DNA of 64,000 nt from Pecten maximus. Lineage: Eukaryota. The translations under genes and the position numbers were made by a program. This document shows, piece by piece, positions 53,301-64,000 of the stretch (its first letter is position 1; each line of letters starts with the position of its first letter). The stretch is from the NCBI RefSeq assembly GCF_902652985.1, contig NC_047021.1, forward strand, positions 7,254,001-7,318,000. Direction: 5' to 3'. The notes under the pieces are model-generated. The model was given only the letters and a program-made list of their open reading frames with translations, searched no databases and had not been told where the DNA came from.

Positions 53301-56300
53301 ATTCCAGACATTCACAAGATATTCCAGAGGGATCTTGGCACCCACCAAGAATTGATCAATATCAGTCAAATGAAAGACTGATCTTTTCTCTACTTTTCCC
53401 TTCTTCCACTCTTCCTTCAAAACATTTTATAAATTTATATGACACTATTAAGCAGGAGCAACCTGCAATTGTCAAAACCAAAGATAGCCATAATCTTTGT
53501 CATCCATTAAGTTCTTTCGATCAGACTTGCATGCACAACTGGAGACTAAGTTTCAATTGTTAAAATCAAATATGGCTGCCTTTTGGCCATGTTGTTGTCA
53601 GGTTGGTCCTGTACAGGAAAATGCATAACTATAGGGATCAAGGGAAACCTACATATGAAATTTGAGATCTAGCAGTAACAAACTTCAATTGTCAAAATCC
53701 TAGATGATCATGATCACCTGTTGGCTATGTTGTTTTCTGATCGCTTCCAAAATGCAATATGCACAACTAGGGACCAATGGAAACTTACATAGGAAATATG
53801 AGAAAGATCCCTTCAGTGATTTCTGAGAAATGGCTATAACAAACTTCAATTGTCAAAATCCAAGATGGCTGCCTGTCGGCCATGTTGTTTTCCGATCAGC
53901 CCCAAAATGCAATATGCACAACTAGGAACCAAGGATAACTTACATATGAAATTTGAGAAAGATCACTTTGGCATTTTCTGAGTAATAGCGATAACAAACT
54001 TAAATTGTCAAAATCCAAAAGCCTGTAGGCCATGTTGTTTTCAGATCAGTCCAAATATGCAATATGCACAGCTAGGGACCATGGACGATGGACCATGGAT
54101 GATGGACCATGGATGCAGGGCAATTTGAATAGCCTTCCATCTGATATTGGTGGGCTATAAAACATCGTTCATTACAAGAAATCATTTGAAGTTTTTTCCT
54201 CATTTAATACATGACCCTGAACACTGGTATACGAGTAAACTTGCAACCTTTCACCTTAGAAATCCATGTGGCAATTTTAAAACTCATGTTTTTCAAAAGT
54301 TTTAGGTAGACGTGTAGTGAAATCAGTCATCTTAGATCACTAAGGACACCATATCAGCTCCCTTGTACAGGCATGTCAGTGATCCGAAACTTACCATATC
54401 TTCCAAGGTCTACGTTCATATTTTGGCTCACAGTATCGTTTTACTGAAAGTACAACAAAGAATAATTTGAAAAAAATTCTTCATTTTGGAATTTAAATAC
54501 AGATGTTAATAAGATTCACACATACAAAATGCACATGAACATTGCACAACAAGTGAAATTTTAGTCATCAATCTTGTACATTTTATAGCACACACACACT
54601 TTCTGGACAATGTATGATGACTGGTGATAATAAATGATTTATATATCTATGAAATTTTTTTATAAGTTGCAACAATGTCTTACATTTATCTTGTTTTCTG
54701 TAAGAATTACACACTGTACACATGTATTTGAGCATATCAATATTACAATTATTTGACATTTAGAATTATACCCTGTAAAACAAACCCTGAGCAATTAATA
54801 TTTATCATGTAACTTATTTGTACTTGATTCATACCTTCAACACTGAAGCCAAATAAAAATATGTGTTTAGGGTTACAAGTTGAGAATTTGGTAGGTAGGT
54901 AGGTAGGTAGGAAAGTTATTTTATTTTATTCCACTTATTCCATTTCACTTATTTTTGCGATACATCATTTGGAATTAGTCAATTAGAACATATATATTTT
55001 TAGCAAAATCATATGTTAATCACGCCATTGAGAGCTAAACCATGTAAATATGTTTTTTCCTAACATTCCTTCTTTTGGGCTATTCTTAAATTGTTAAACA
55101 TCTATCCCAACCTAGCACCCTATATTATAGGTTTTGTTTACTGGTAGAATTGAATTGAATACAATTGAATTTATTTCTAACCTTATAGGGAATTCCTAGG
55201 TTTGGGTAGGTTTTCCGATTGGTCTCAAAATGCAATATTCACAACTAGAGACCAAAGGAACCTTTAAGTGAAATTTGAGAAAAATCGCTTTGTACTTTCT
55301 GAGAAATAGCGATAACAAGGCTTGTTTACGGATGGATTAACTGACTGACAGACAGACAGACAGACAGATGGACGCAGGGCGATTTGAATACTAATGAATC
55401 AGATGGTGGGCTAAAAATGAAATGTTATCATGGCAACTGCTCCAATTCCATATTATAAACGCTAATATTTTCAGGCCTTGCAGCTCTTTCAGGCAATTGA
55501 GGTTATACCATAGTTACATATTATAGAAACCTACTTTATGACATAATGCTATTGTTCATTTTAAGGAGAGATACATTTATAATAACGTCTTGGCAACCAC
55601 ATTATGATGTCATACATAGTATATGATAGAAGATACAGTTGTCATGTTTTTTTCCAGTTAATTAATCGATACACAAAGCATCTAAAGGTTATATATATAT
55701 AAAGCATATAAGAACAAGAAATCTGTCCATACAAAGGGTGAATATATCAAAAATAACAACAACAAAAAAGACTTTGCTGCAAGGCCTTTCCGATAACTTT
55801 TGATTCCATAAAATACAATTGTCTATATCACAGTTGCATGTTGTTTGGCGACAGGTATTATGACACTATTTGATTATATGTTACTGAAAAAGGGAATCTA
55901 GGGCATGCAATATCCTCACCGGACACTCATATGCACATCTATGCACCATAACTTTGCCAGCGCATTTCTGTAATTTATATGCATTGTCCGATCAAAGTGA
56001 AGCTTTGTGTGATATTGAGGTTCATCAGTATTTTACGTAAAAAATAATTGGAAAATATCATTAAATGAATTGTAAGGCGTTTAAAAACCTTCCAGGACAC
56101 TCATTACTTATAATCAACTGTACAGTCAATGCCACTCCCATTTTGCCTTATAGAAGGAAAGTAACATAAATATATTTTAAGCAGAGATCAAACATCTTTT
56201 GGAACTTTGGAGGCCCGCTGTGGATGTCTGATTTTAACCATACTCGTGTTCAAATAATCGAACTTCCATACCATTGACTAATAACATAGTTATTTATGAT

Positions 56301-56486
56301 ATTTGCACATGTAGATATACAGATACCTATTAGTGAAGTGAAGGCTAGGAAGGCCAAAACGGCTTGAACCAGTAGTCCCAGCGGTCCCATCAAATCTCCT
56401 GTGTTGCAATGATCATCCATATTTAATCTGTTCTCGTTCACAAGATCACTATGATTTAAATTAGAATTCGTTGCTACGACCGACAT
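47351..56486 (-). CDS. STIMATE: Store-operated calcium entry regulator STIMATE / TMEM110 (286 aa, 7 coding exons)
   Basis: Exons 56486-56327, 54443-54395, 51005-50910, 50731-50610, 49553-49441, 48793-48710, 47587-47351. All GT-AG and phase-consistent (861 nt). Family motifs: [24 protein letters not shown]...[57 protein letters not shown]. The start ATG choice is inferred. Confidence 0.95.
47697..48237 (+). mobile_element. HINE/pearl-like element, family B (STIMATE intron 6)
   Basis: Head ACAAGAGATCCCAGAGGGATCTTGGCGCCCACC, two internal units, GACG tail and 3' hairpin ATGCCCCC...GAGGGCAT followed by AAAAA. Confidence 0.8.
48367..48680. repeat. 54-bp tandem repeat, ~6 copies, next to the STIMATE exon 6 donor
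   Basis: TATAGAACATTTACTGTA(T/A)ATTATCATTAAACCATAATGTGTTCTGTCAAGCTA repeats. Confidence 0.95.
48794..48982 (-). repeat. 47-48-bp tandem repeat x4 containing the exon 6 splice acceptor
   Basis: Minus-strand unit GTGAGTTTTTTGATATTGTGTATAAATTGATATGTTTGTGTC(T/G)GTAG. Confidence 0.95.
49918..50548 (+). mobile_element. HINE/pearl-like element, family A (STIMATE intron 4)
   Basis: Head ACAAGAGGCCCATAGAC...CGGTCACCTGAG and 3' AGGTCACTTGAGAC...GGTGACCTAAAAA. Confidence 0.8.
51139..52960 (+). mobile_element. HINE/pearl-like element with internal TGTGACCTTGAA repeats, host of nested insertions
   Basis: Head ACATGAGGCCCCAATGGGCCTGAATCGCTCATCTG. Repeat units are interrupted at 51653 and resume at 52650. 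GGAC-type tail near 52895. Confidence 0.7.
51654..52649. mobile_element. hAT-like non-autonomous element, itself containing a HINE-like element (51828-52435)
   Basis: Ends CAGGGTTCG / TGAGCCCTG. The 8-bp flanks GTGACCAT and GTCACCTT each differ by one base from the host GTGACCTT. The inner element has an ACAAGTG...GCTCACCGG head and GCTCTCGGTTACTCGTAACCGGTGAGC + TAAAAA end. Confidence 0.6.
53313..54162 (+). mobile_element. HINE/pearl-like element, family B, with 155-160-bp internal repeats
   Basis: Head ACAAGATATTCCAGAGGGATCTTGGCACCCACC, repeated ATTGTCAAAATCCAAGATGGC units, (GGACCAT)n tail and GGTGGGCTATAAAA end. Confidence 0.8.
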
Positions 56487-56739
56487 ATTCAGTTCATACA
56501 CTCTGACTCAAACACAACGAACTGTCAGTGTCAAATTTGTTATCGAGCAGATATGCAGCCGAGCCGTCGAATGCTTTGCAGCAATTTTTAACTTTTCATA
56601 CCGTCAAAACATGTGTAATGGAGACGTGTCACCTTACTTGCCATACCATTGATTTGGTATGTATTAATCTGTTTATCAAATAATCAATTATCATCTTGAA
56701 TATACTTCATCTTCACAAAACAGGAAGCAGCACCATGTG

Positions 56740-57040
56740 TTAGAAGTTGGCATGCGTAAAGCCTACACACACAAAATCTCGAGTCATATAAAGAAGTCCG
56801 AGGTCATCCGAAGGTAAAAAAAAATAACACAACTAACTCTAATTTGATACCTAAGCCGATAAAAACTAAACATATTTAGTGGTACTTATAGCGGGAAATA
56901 TTTTAACGTGCCAATTAATTGCATTGCGATGGGTTTCTGCATCACCGTGTCCGTTAAATTTATATTTCCCGAATTTGGATAGAAACTGTATATATTACGC
57001 TGCGCATGCGTAGAGTACCTGCTAGTTGCCATCTTGAATG
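56740..57040. promoter_or_regulatory. Putative bidirectional promoter between STIMATE and the divergent gene
   Basis: NRF1-type palindrome (C)TGCGCATGCG at ~57000-57010 and YY1-type GCCATCTTG at 57028-57036. Followed by a strong donor GTGAGT at ~57099. The STIMATE ATG is ~520 bp away on the other strand. Confidence 0.6.
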
Positions 57041-60000
57041 TGGAAGTTGGAAAGGAAAACTGATCTTTTTCCGTCTCAAATATGATGACAGAAGGAATGT
57101 GAGTAATTTTTCTTTTAATTCTGGTCTTTTATGATATCTAGTGCATGCAATCCTGTATTTTTTCCAGTGTTATTTTGTGTTTTCGTCACGGAATAAGCAT
57201 GTCATATTTGCTCTCGCTGCCTCTTTTGGGTTATACATATTCATGACCCTTTTCAGTGGCAAAACAGGGATGCTTATCGTCATGTTTCATTGCTAAATTT
57301 TACAAGAAAAATATTTTACGTTAATGCATGCACATCGGAAAAGCTTTGAGCAATTAGGATGCACACTTTGTAATCATTTGTTGTATTTTATATCAGCGAA
57401 AAGAGTTTTTATCTTGGAAAATGCATGGCTTAGTTTGCGGTGTTCTAAGTTCTATTTTTAGAACCACCGTTTTCAGTAGAGCGGACATTATAATTTGTTT
57501 ACAGCCTTGGAGAAGAAGAAACGGTAATTATCTCTTTTAGAACAGTACTAATAAAAAATATATATGTTTTAATACTGTATTTAAATTACGTATTTTCCTA
57601 TCGTTTTCTTTTAGATCGTTAAACATTAAAATTATAAGATAACTATTTTCAAAAGGAAAATATAAACGTTCAATGACCTTGCAAAATGTATTATTATAAC
57701 ATAATATTTGATCGCCTGAATGTGCCAGGTTTACAGGGAGATTTTGGTTTTGTTTACAGTCTGTTAGATAAAAATGTTTTTAAAATCCCCAGTGTGGCAT
57801 TTATTAGGATTATCCTTTTTGCTGATTAAAATTACTTTCAAGATTATATATCATGTATCACAACAGCATAAGTTAAAACAAAATATTTCAATAATGTACC
57901 ACAACAGCATAAGTTTAAACAAAATAATTCAATTGATGCGTTTTCATTTTGAGGAATAAGATAATCTTAATAAAGTTTTTTTTCTTAAATGTAAAAAAAA
58001 ACCTGTATTTCTTTGCTGTTTCAATAAAAAAATTGCATAAAGACCATTAAGATACATCTGGATGAAAATATATAATTTCATTTGAAAATGAAATAATCAT
58101 TTCACAAAGAATGCAAAATGTGAAGAGGTAAGCACAAAGAATGAAAACTAAGAAAGGTCAGTTTTTTTTAAACCTTGATCGAGTAAATATATTTTCTCAG
58201 GAAAAAAATCAATTTGTAAAAATGAACATGTTCTGTAGTTTGAAACAAATTTATATTATGGTTAGTAAAAGAAATGTTTTTGTAACATTAATCACTTTGT
58301 GTTTCAATCATTTGAGATTAATTGTATACCTTAATTTATACTCAAATTTAAAGTCATTCAATTTCACTAAAATAAGTATATATATATACAAATCAAAGTC
58401 AAGACTTATTTTTTAAAACAATTTGAACAGCTTCATAAGGAGGGCTTTTTGTTTCCATGCCCCTCTTGCTCTTTCTACTCATTGTTGAAATTGGCTAAAA
58501 ACCCAAAATTGGTCACTGATATCACTGTGAAGGATTTAAAAAAAAAGGAATTATTGGAGTTGCTTCCCTTTACCTGTTATCATATAAGCTGACAAGTTAA
58601 TATCTGTCGCACTACGATATTTATTTACAAATAAACCCTCTTCATTTTTGTAGAATATTTCATTTTAAGATTTATATATAAAGTGGTTTTAAAAATAAGC
58701 TTCCCTCAAACTTTTACACGAGTGGTAAGGGCTTATTTGAGGATAAATACCATATTAGAAAAAATGTCTGTTGTGTTGTATATGACATCTGTAGTGTATG
58801 GGATTGGTTTTTGCACTTGTATTGGGAGAAATACCAATTATCCTGACAATCGTTTATGTATAATCTACCCTTGTCATACTGCAGCCTTTTGTCCACAGCG
58901 GTTTTGGCATTATAAGGAGGGTGGTGGTATACGTAGTATCAAAATTTGATGAAATACAACAGAAAGGTAATATTTTGACTCCTGAAATCCATTTGGATAA
59001 AATACATCGAAATATCATGAATCGAGCTGCAGTGGTTAGACATTCTTTTTGCAGACATGTAAGTATAAGGTAAGTATAGAGTATATATCAATTATGTTGT
59101 TACACAACACATTGTTTAACTGCAAAGCCAAACTTTGACAAGCAAATACTTAAAACTTAAACAAACACAATATGAGTAGAATTCAATGATTGTTTCATTA
59201 CAAAAACATCGTGCATCTAAACTATCTCTGAATACCTATTGATCTGTTCAGTGAACGAAATCACTGAATCGTTAAACTGGTAACGGGTATTTCCAGTCTC
59301 TAAAAATAGAACATTAGACATTTCCAAAGTAGAACATTAGAGAGTTCCAGGATGACCAAATTGGCGATAACATGGATAAAAAAGTAGTGATTAAGAACTT
59401 TTGTATATTATTATATCATATATGGCGAATGGCGGTATGTGAGCTGGTGGCAAACTTATCGCAAGAATGATATAGTGAGGAAATCTGTTTTAGGGCTTAT
59501 AGTTGCAATTGGCTGCAGGCGAGGATGGTGGTATTATCAGGTGGCAATAGGTCGAGGGATCCGGAGCACTGTATATTGTATTCATCCACAAAAACAAAGA
59601 TTATAGTGTATTGGTATCTCATTCATGAGGAACATTTTTAATACGAGGATAACTTATCAATCATCAGCCCTCATATGTATACAATGTATAAGAGAATTAG
59701 GCTCAGTACATGTTCTTTGAATTACAACTCATAATTAATTATTTTCTGTTTAGATAGATTGAAATGAGTTTTTTCTTATTTTTATACAAGGCTGTAGATA
59801 GCTTAATACCTAATTATATATGTTTAGGTTGTCTTTCATAAATGGGTTTTAAGTAAATAATGGATGTTTTATATATTGTTATTATATGTACCCCTGTCAT
59901 AAATCTATTGGCTCTTGCATTGTCCTCAGAGCTGTACACCTGACCTGCTGGTGGGTTCTGCATGTTTTTGTGTGCAGCTGGGTCTCCCTGTGTACCATTG

Positions 60001-62886
60001 TGATTTAATATAGAAATGCTATGTTGACATCTAGAACTATCTAATAGCTATATATAGGCCAATAAATTTGTCAAAATTGAGTCATTTTAAGTTAAGCAGG
60101 AAATCTGCCTGCATAGTCACTTGTTTGGTAAGTATAATTACCCTAGACAATTTTTGCTATTGAAATTTGACTATAAACACTGGATATGGATGACAACAAT
60201 TAAATGTGCTTTATATTTATTTCAAAGTAGAAGAGTAAGTTACCAGATCTGCATAATACGCTAATATTGTATTTGCCTTTTTACCATATATGAAAGTTTA
60301 AAAAAATCCCATTAGCATTCATCCTATATATCATGTGTATATAGAAGCTAAGGATTCATCAGTTGAAGTTTGAATATTAGGTTTCCAAAAGCAAAATGCC
60401 CTATATAGTAATATTTCTGTTTTTTTTTTTTTTTTTGCAAAAATTATATTTGATTATACATGGCCTCCAATAAAGATGAAGAATCAGATTTATGTAAATT
60501 GCTAACTCAGTGTGTTAAAAAATTAATTAAGGAATATTTAGTTTGGTTTGACTAGTTGGTATAAATTACTTGAGTATGAAATATTATATTAAGATTATTC
60601 TGTTTTTAAATACACAGCAAATAATATTCATGGAGTATGTTTAATTTGAATGTACTACATTATGTACATGTATAATTATGACCAGTCATGCACAGTTTAT
60701 GATAGTGAAATTACAAAGCAAGCTCAAACATGATATTAAGCTTGGCGTGTGTATTATCACTAATTATCAATACAGGTTATGATAGTGTGTAAGCACTATG
60801 ACACTTGATGAGGTCATTACTAAGATTAAAATACTTGACTGTTATAATGTCAGTAATGTGCTTTACACAGGTAATGGAGAGAGATATACGTATACAATAT
60901 GATATATATATATAGGACACATTAACGAGGTGTAGGGTGGTATATATTGTATACACTAGACATGGACAACTGTATGTTTGTGCTTGACTTGCCAAGAATT
61001 ACAAAACCACTGTGATCAGTATGTAATATATATATGCATTCATTACATAACTTAGAACAAATTAGCATGCTGTCTTTTATGTATGTACAATTACTACAAA
61101 TATGCATAGAAACAACATTTACACATATGCCTTATCCACATCACTTTAAAAACAATATTGTTCTAAGCATGGATATTTAATTAAGGTATTTTAAGTCCAT
61201 ATTGTGGGTTTCCAGTGCAATTTTGTGATGTATATATACATGTGTATATGCAAAAGTATAAGGAATAAATTCATAGTCAGGGCTTTATAAATCCAGACAA
61301 TTTTCACTTCTAGTTTTTGGTAAATTCACTTATACTAACAATATTTATAGAAGTTAACCTTTTAATAACCTGTATTTTCTCCATTTTTACTCTAGATATT
61401 CTGTCATTCTTTAGAATCAGATAAAAAAAAAGATATCCCCAGAGATCTAGATTAGAAAATACTAAAAATAGCCATGAGAATTTTGTAAACACTCCTTTAT
61501 CTCTTTATTCTCAGGAGTGTCTTATTCTTTTGCTGTACTCAAAGGTCGCACGTAGGAAAACAGGGGACCACGATAACTTCCATATTTAATCCAAATATAC
61601 TACATTTATATACAAGTATGCACACTGGCACGTAGTGTGAACCACAAGTGTGTTGGTGAAATGAACCACAATACATGTACAATACAAGGAGCTTATTCTA
61701 CAAGGATTTACTCCTCTTTAGGCTCCTGGTACCTCTACAATATTTTATAGTTCATTTTATTTTTTATACTTTGCTTTGATAGATAAATCACAATAGATGC
61801 AACATTTTTCATAAGAATTCTTTTCATTGAAATATTTTTTTCCAGAATGTATAAACTTCATAAAAATAAATAAAATATGTCTAGATGTAAAAACAACTAC
61901 TGGAGTTGAGGTTTGAAACTTGTTCAACAAACATGCAACCTTCATAAAATCAAATACATTGAAGATAGATTATGATTAGATAAGAAAAATATGTATTCAA
62001 ACAATTGATCCTGTGAGACAAATTAAAGGTGCATGCAACATGTCCATTAAAACCCTAGTCAGAAATAACTATTCAACTGACCCTAGCCTATAGCATATGG
62101 ATGCATTTAAGATGTTTATCCAATAAATAAATAAATGAAATGGATTAACATTTATTCGTTGTATATGATTTATTTGTTTGCAAACTTGTGCAAATTTCAG
62201 ATTGAACGGAATTTTATAAAAAAAAAATTGTGGTAGCATGCATCTGCATCTTATACATCTTTGGCCCCCGGTGAAAATCACGAGGTCGCTATTTAGTGAA
62301 AGTATGATTCTCACCGAGGGTCAAGAATGCCCTTCATAATACCAATAGTCTAGAAACTGGGAAGGTTTCTGAATATATTGGCTAGTAGCATGCTGAGATC
62401 AAGTGGCAGTGTTGCCGAAATTGAAATAAATGACGCTGATCATGGACATGGTCATCATGAAATGAAATGAATGACCTTGATTTATGTTTTAGGTCACAAG
62501 TTGATTTATGTTTTAGGTCACAAGGTTAAAATCCTTTGAAATCTTTCAGAAACAGTAGGATAAGGTTAATCTTCCAACAAAGATCATATTGGTGCATAAT
62601 AAGATGATATATTAAATTATGTTATTAATGTGAATTTGAACACCTTTGAAATCCCCAGAACAATGTGTAGATGAATAACTGGCGATTATATATAATGCAG
62701 GTCTATTGGGCTTCTTGCATTTGAAAAAATAATTTGTGGTCATGGGGACCTTTTTATTAACGACCAAGATAAATTTGATATTTCCTGATGAGGATCCCCA
62801 TAATGAGTTATGTAACAGTTTTGTTGTGTTTCAGGAACAAGAACAAATGTAGCTGTTGATGCTAGCTACACCTGACCAGACTTAAA

Positions 62887-63805
62887 ATGCAGAACCATCC
62901 AGGTCAGCATGCCAGTCGTCCAGGGTCCAGTCCAATACAACTTCCAAATTCTCCACTTTTGTCACCAAATCCAGGAGTGGCAAATTTCTATCAACAACTG
63001 TCACCAGGTGGGACTATGAGGGGCCCTATGACTGTCCAATCACCAATCCCTGGGGGACAGATTCCTCATCTGGTTCCTAGTGGGGCCTTTCGCCAGCCCA
63101 TGGGACAGCCAGTGCAGCAGATTATTAGTCCCACCACACCCATTTCCATGGGAATGCCTCTTAACTCCAACATCTTTCATGTGACAACTATGGCTGGACC
63201 AACTCCAGTGTTTGCAGCATCTCAGCAGGGCATGACACAATTTCAGCCAATTTTTCTCAATGGCCAACAAGCAGCCATCATAAACTCTGTCCCAGGTAGC
63301 CCTGGAGGTATTGGTATCCTGGGAGGCACACAGAACAGTGGCATTCCTACAGGACTGTTTACAGCAGGCCCTCCACCAGGGGGACACAACCCTGTACAAA
63401 CACTGCAGCATCAACCCATTCAATATTTAAATGCACCAATTTCACCTGCCAGTCATGGTCCCCCGTCCAGGCCAGGGTCCTTTCCGGGGACCGATACAGA
63501 TATGCCAACAGACCTTAGTAAAAAGACTCCATCAGCATCCAAAAGTAATACTCCAGACCTGCCACCTGTATTAGTCCCAGTCACTAGCTCTAGTTCAAAA
63601 CCAAATACTCCTGTTCCTGTTACTGACAAACCGATTGTAGAAACCAGTAAAAAGGATCCTAACAGTAGGGAAAAGTCAGTAGAAGAAAGCACCAAAAAGT
63701 CAGACTCCAATATTACCAGCAACACAGAAGAAACAAAGGGAGATCAATCTAGTCCACAAAATAGCTCCAAATATGATAATATTGACACAGCTGATTATAC
63801 AGAAG
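62887..63805 (+). CDS. First large coding exon of an unidentified gene: Pro/Gly/Gln/Ser-rich disordered N-terminus with a PTDLS motif (partial, continues beyond window)
   Basis: Acceptor TTTCAG at ~62834 and ATG at 62887 (MQNHPGQHASRPGSSPIQLPNSPLLSPNPG...). Open for ~306 codons to donor AAG|GTGAGA at 63805/6. It is absent from the ORF track because the frame has no stop before the window end. Confidence 0.75.
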
Positions 63806-64000
63806 GTGAGATTTGTTTCCTTTATACACCTAGCCTGTACTTCATGAAAATTAATGTTATTTATAATGTTGAATTCAGAGTCAGTGATCTTATTTTACTT
63901 ATCTTTCAAATTCTTTCTTGTTCACTAATTATGTATCAAAGATTTGATTATGTAATTTCCATTAAATGGAATTTAAACCTTATATATATGTATATAAATT

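Noticed and set aside
63040-63725. Minus-strand ORFs of 127 and 90 aa
   Set aside because: Antisense to the longer plus-strand exon, which has proper splice sites.

Overview
AT-rich, intron-containing animal DNA. The interspersed-repeat repertoire suggests a bivalve mollusc (inference). No prokaryotic features are present. Genes assembled by hand from splice sites and phases: (1) a 10-exon minus-strand RBR/Ariadne-like E3 ligase-like gene (37078->19647) with RING1 and IBR but no recognisable RING2, ending in a long repetitive exon; (2) a complete 7-exon STIMATE/TMEM110 gene on the minus strand (56486->47351, 286 aa); (3) a divergently transcribed plus-strand gene starting near 57.0 kb, whose Pro/Gly/Gln-rich exon (62887-63805) carries a PxDLS motif and which runs off the window; (4) a coiled-coil ORF at 12.8-13.7 kb broken by two homopolymer frameshifts. 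The rest is mostly repeats: large minisatellites (27, 26, 32, 46 and 32 bp units), a decayed APE-type LINE with a MITE inserted, a Penelope-like RT remnant, a SINE, and many HINE/pearl-like elements, some nested. The most striking object is a 423-bp non-coding LTR element (30867-31289) whose two identical LTRs each contain a tRNA-Thr-derived Pol III cassette, with a tRNA-Lys PBS, a PPT and a 4-bp TSD. It resembles the described Helenus-type TRIMs, so the class is probably not new. Other notable points are a tandem array of AG|GTGAGT zero-length-exon junctions at a STIMATE acceptor, and the RING2-less RBR protein.
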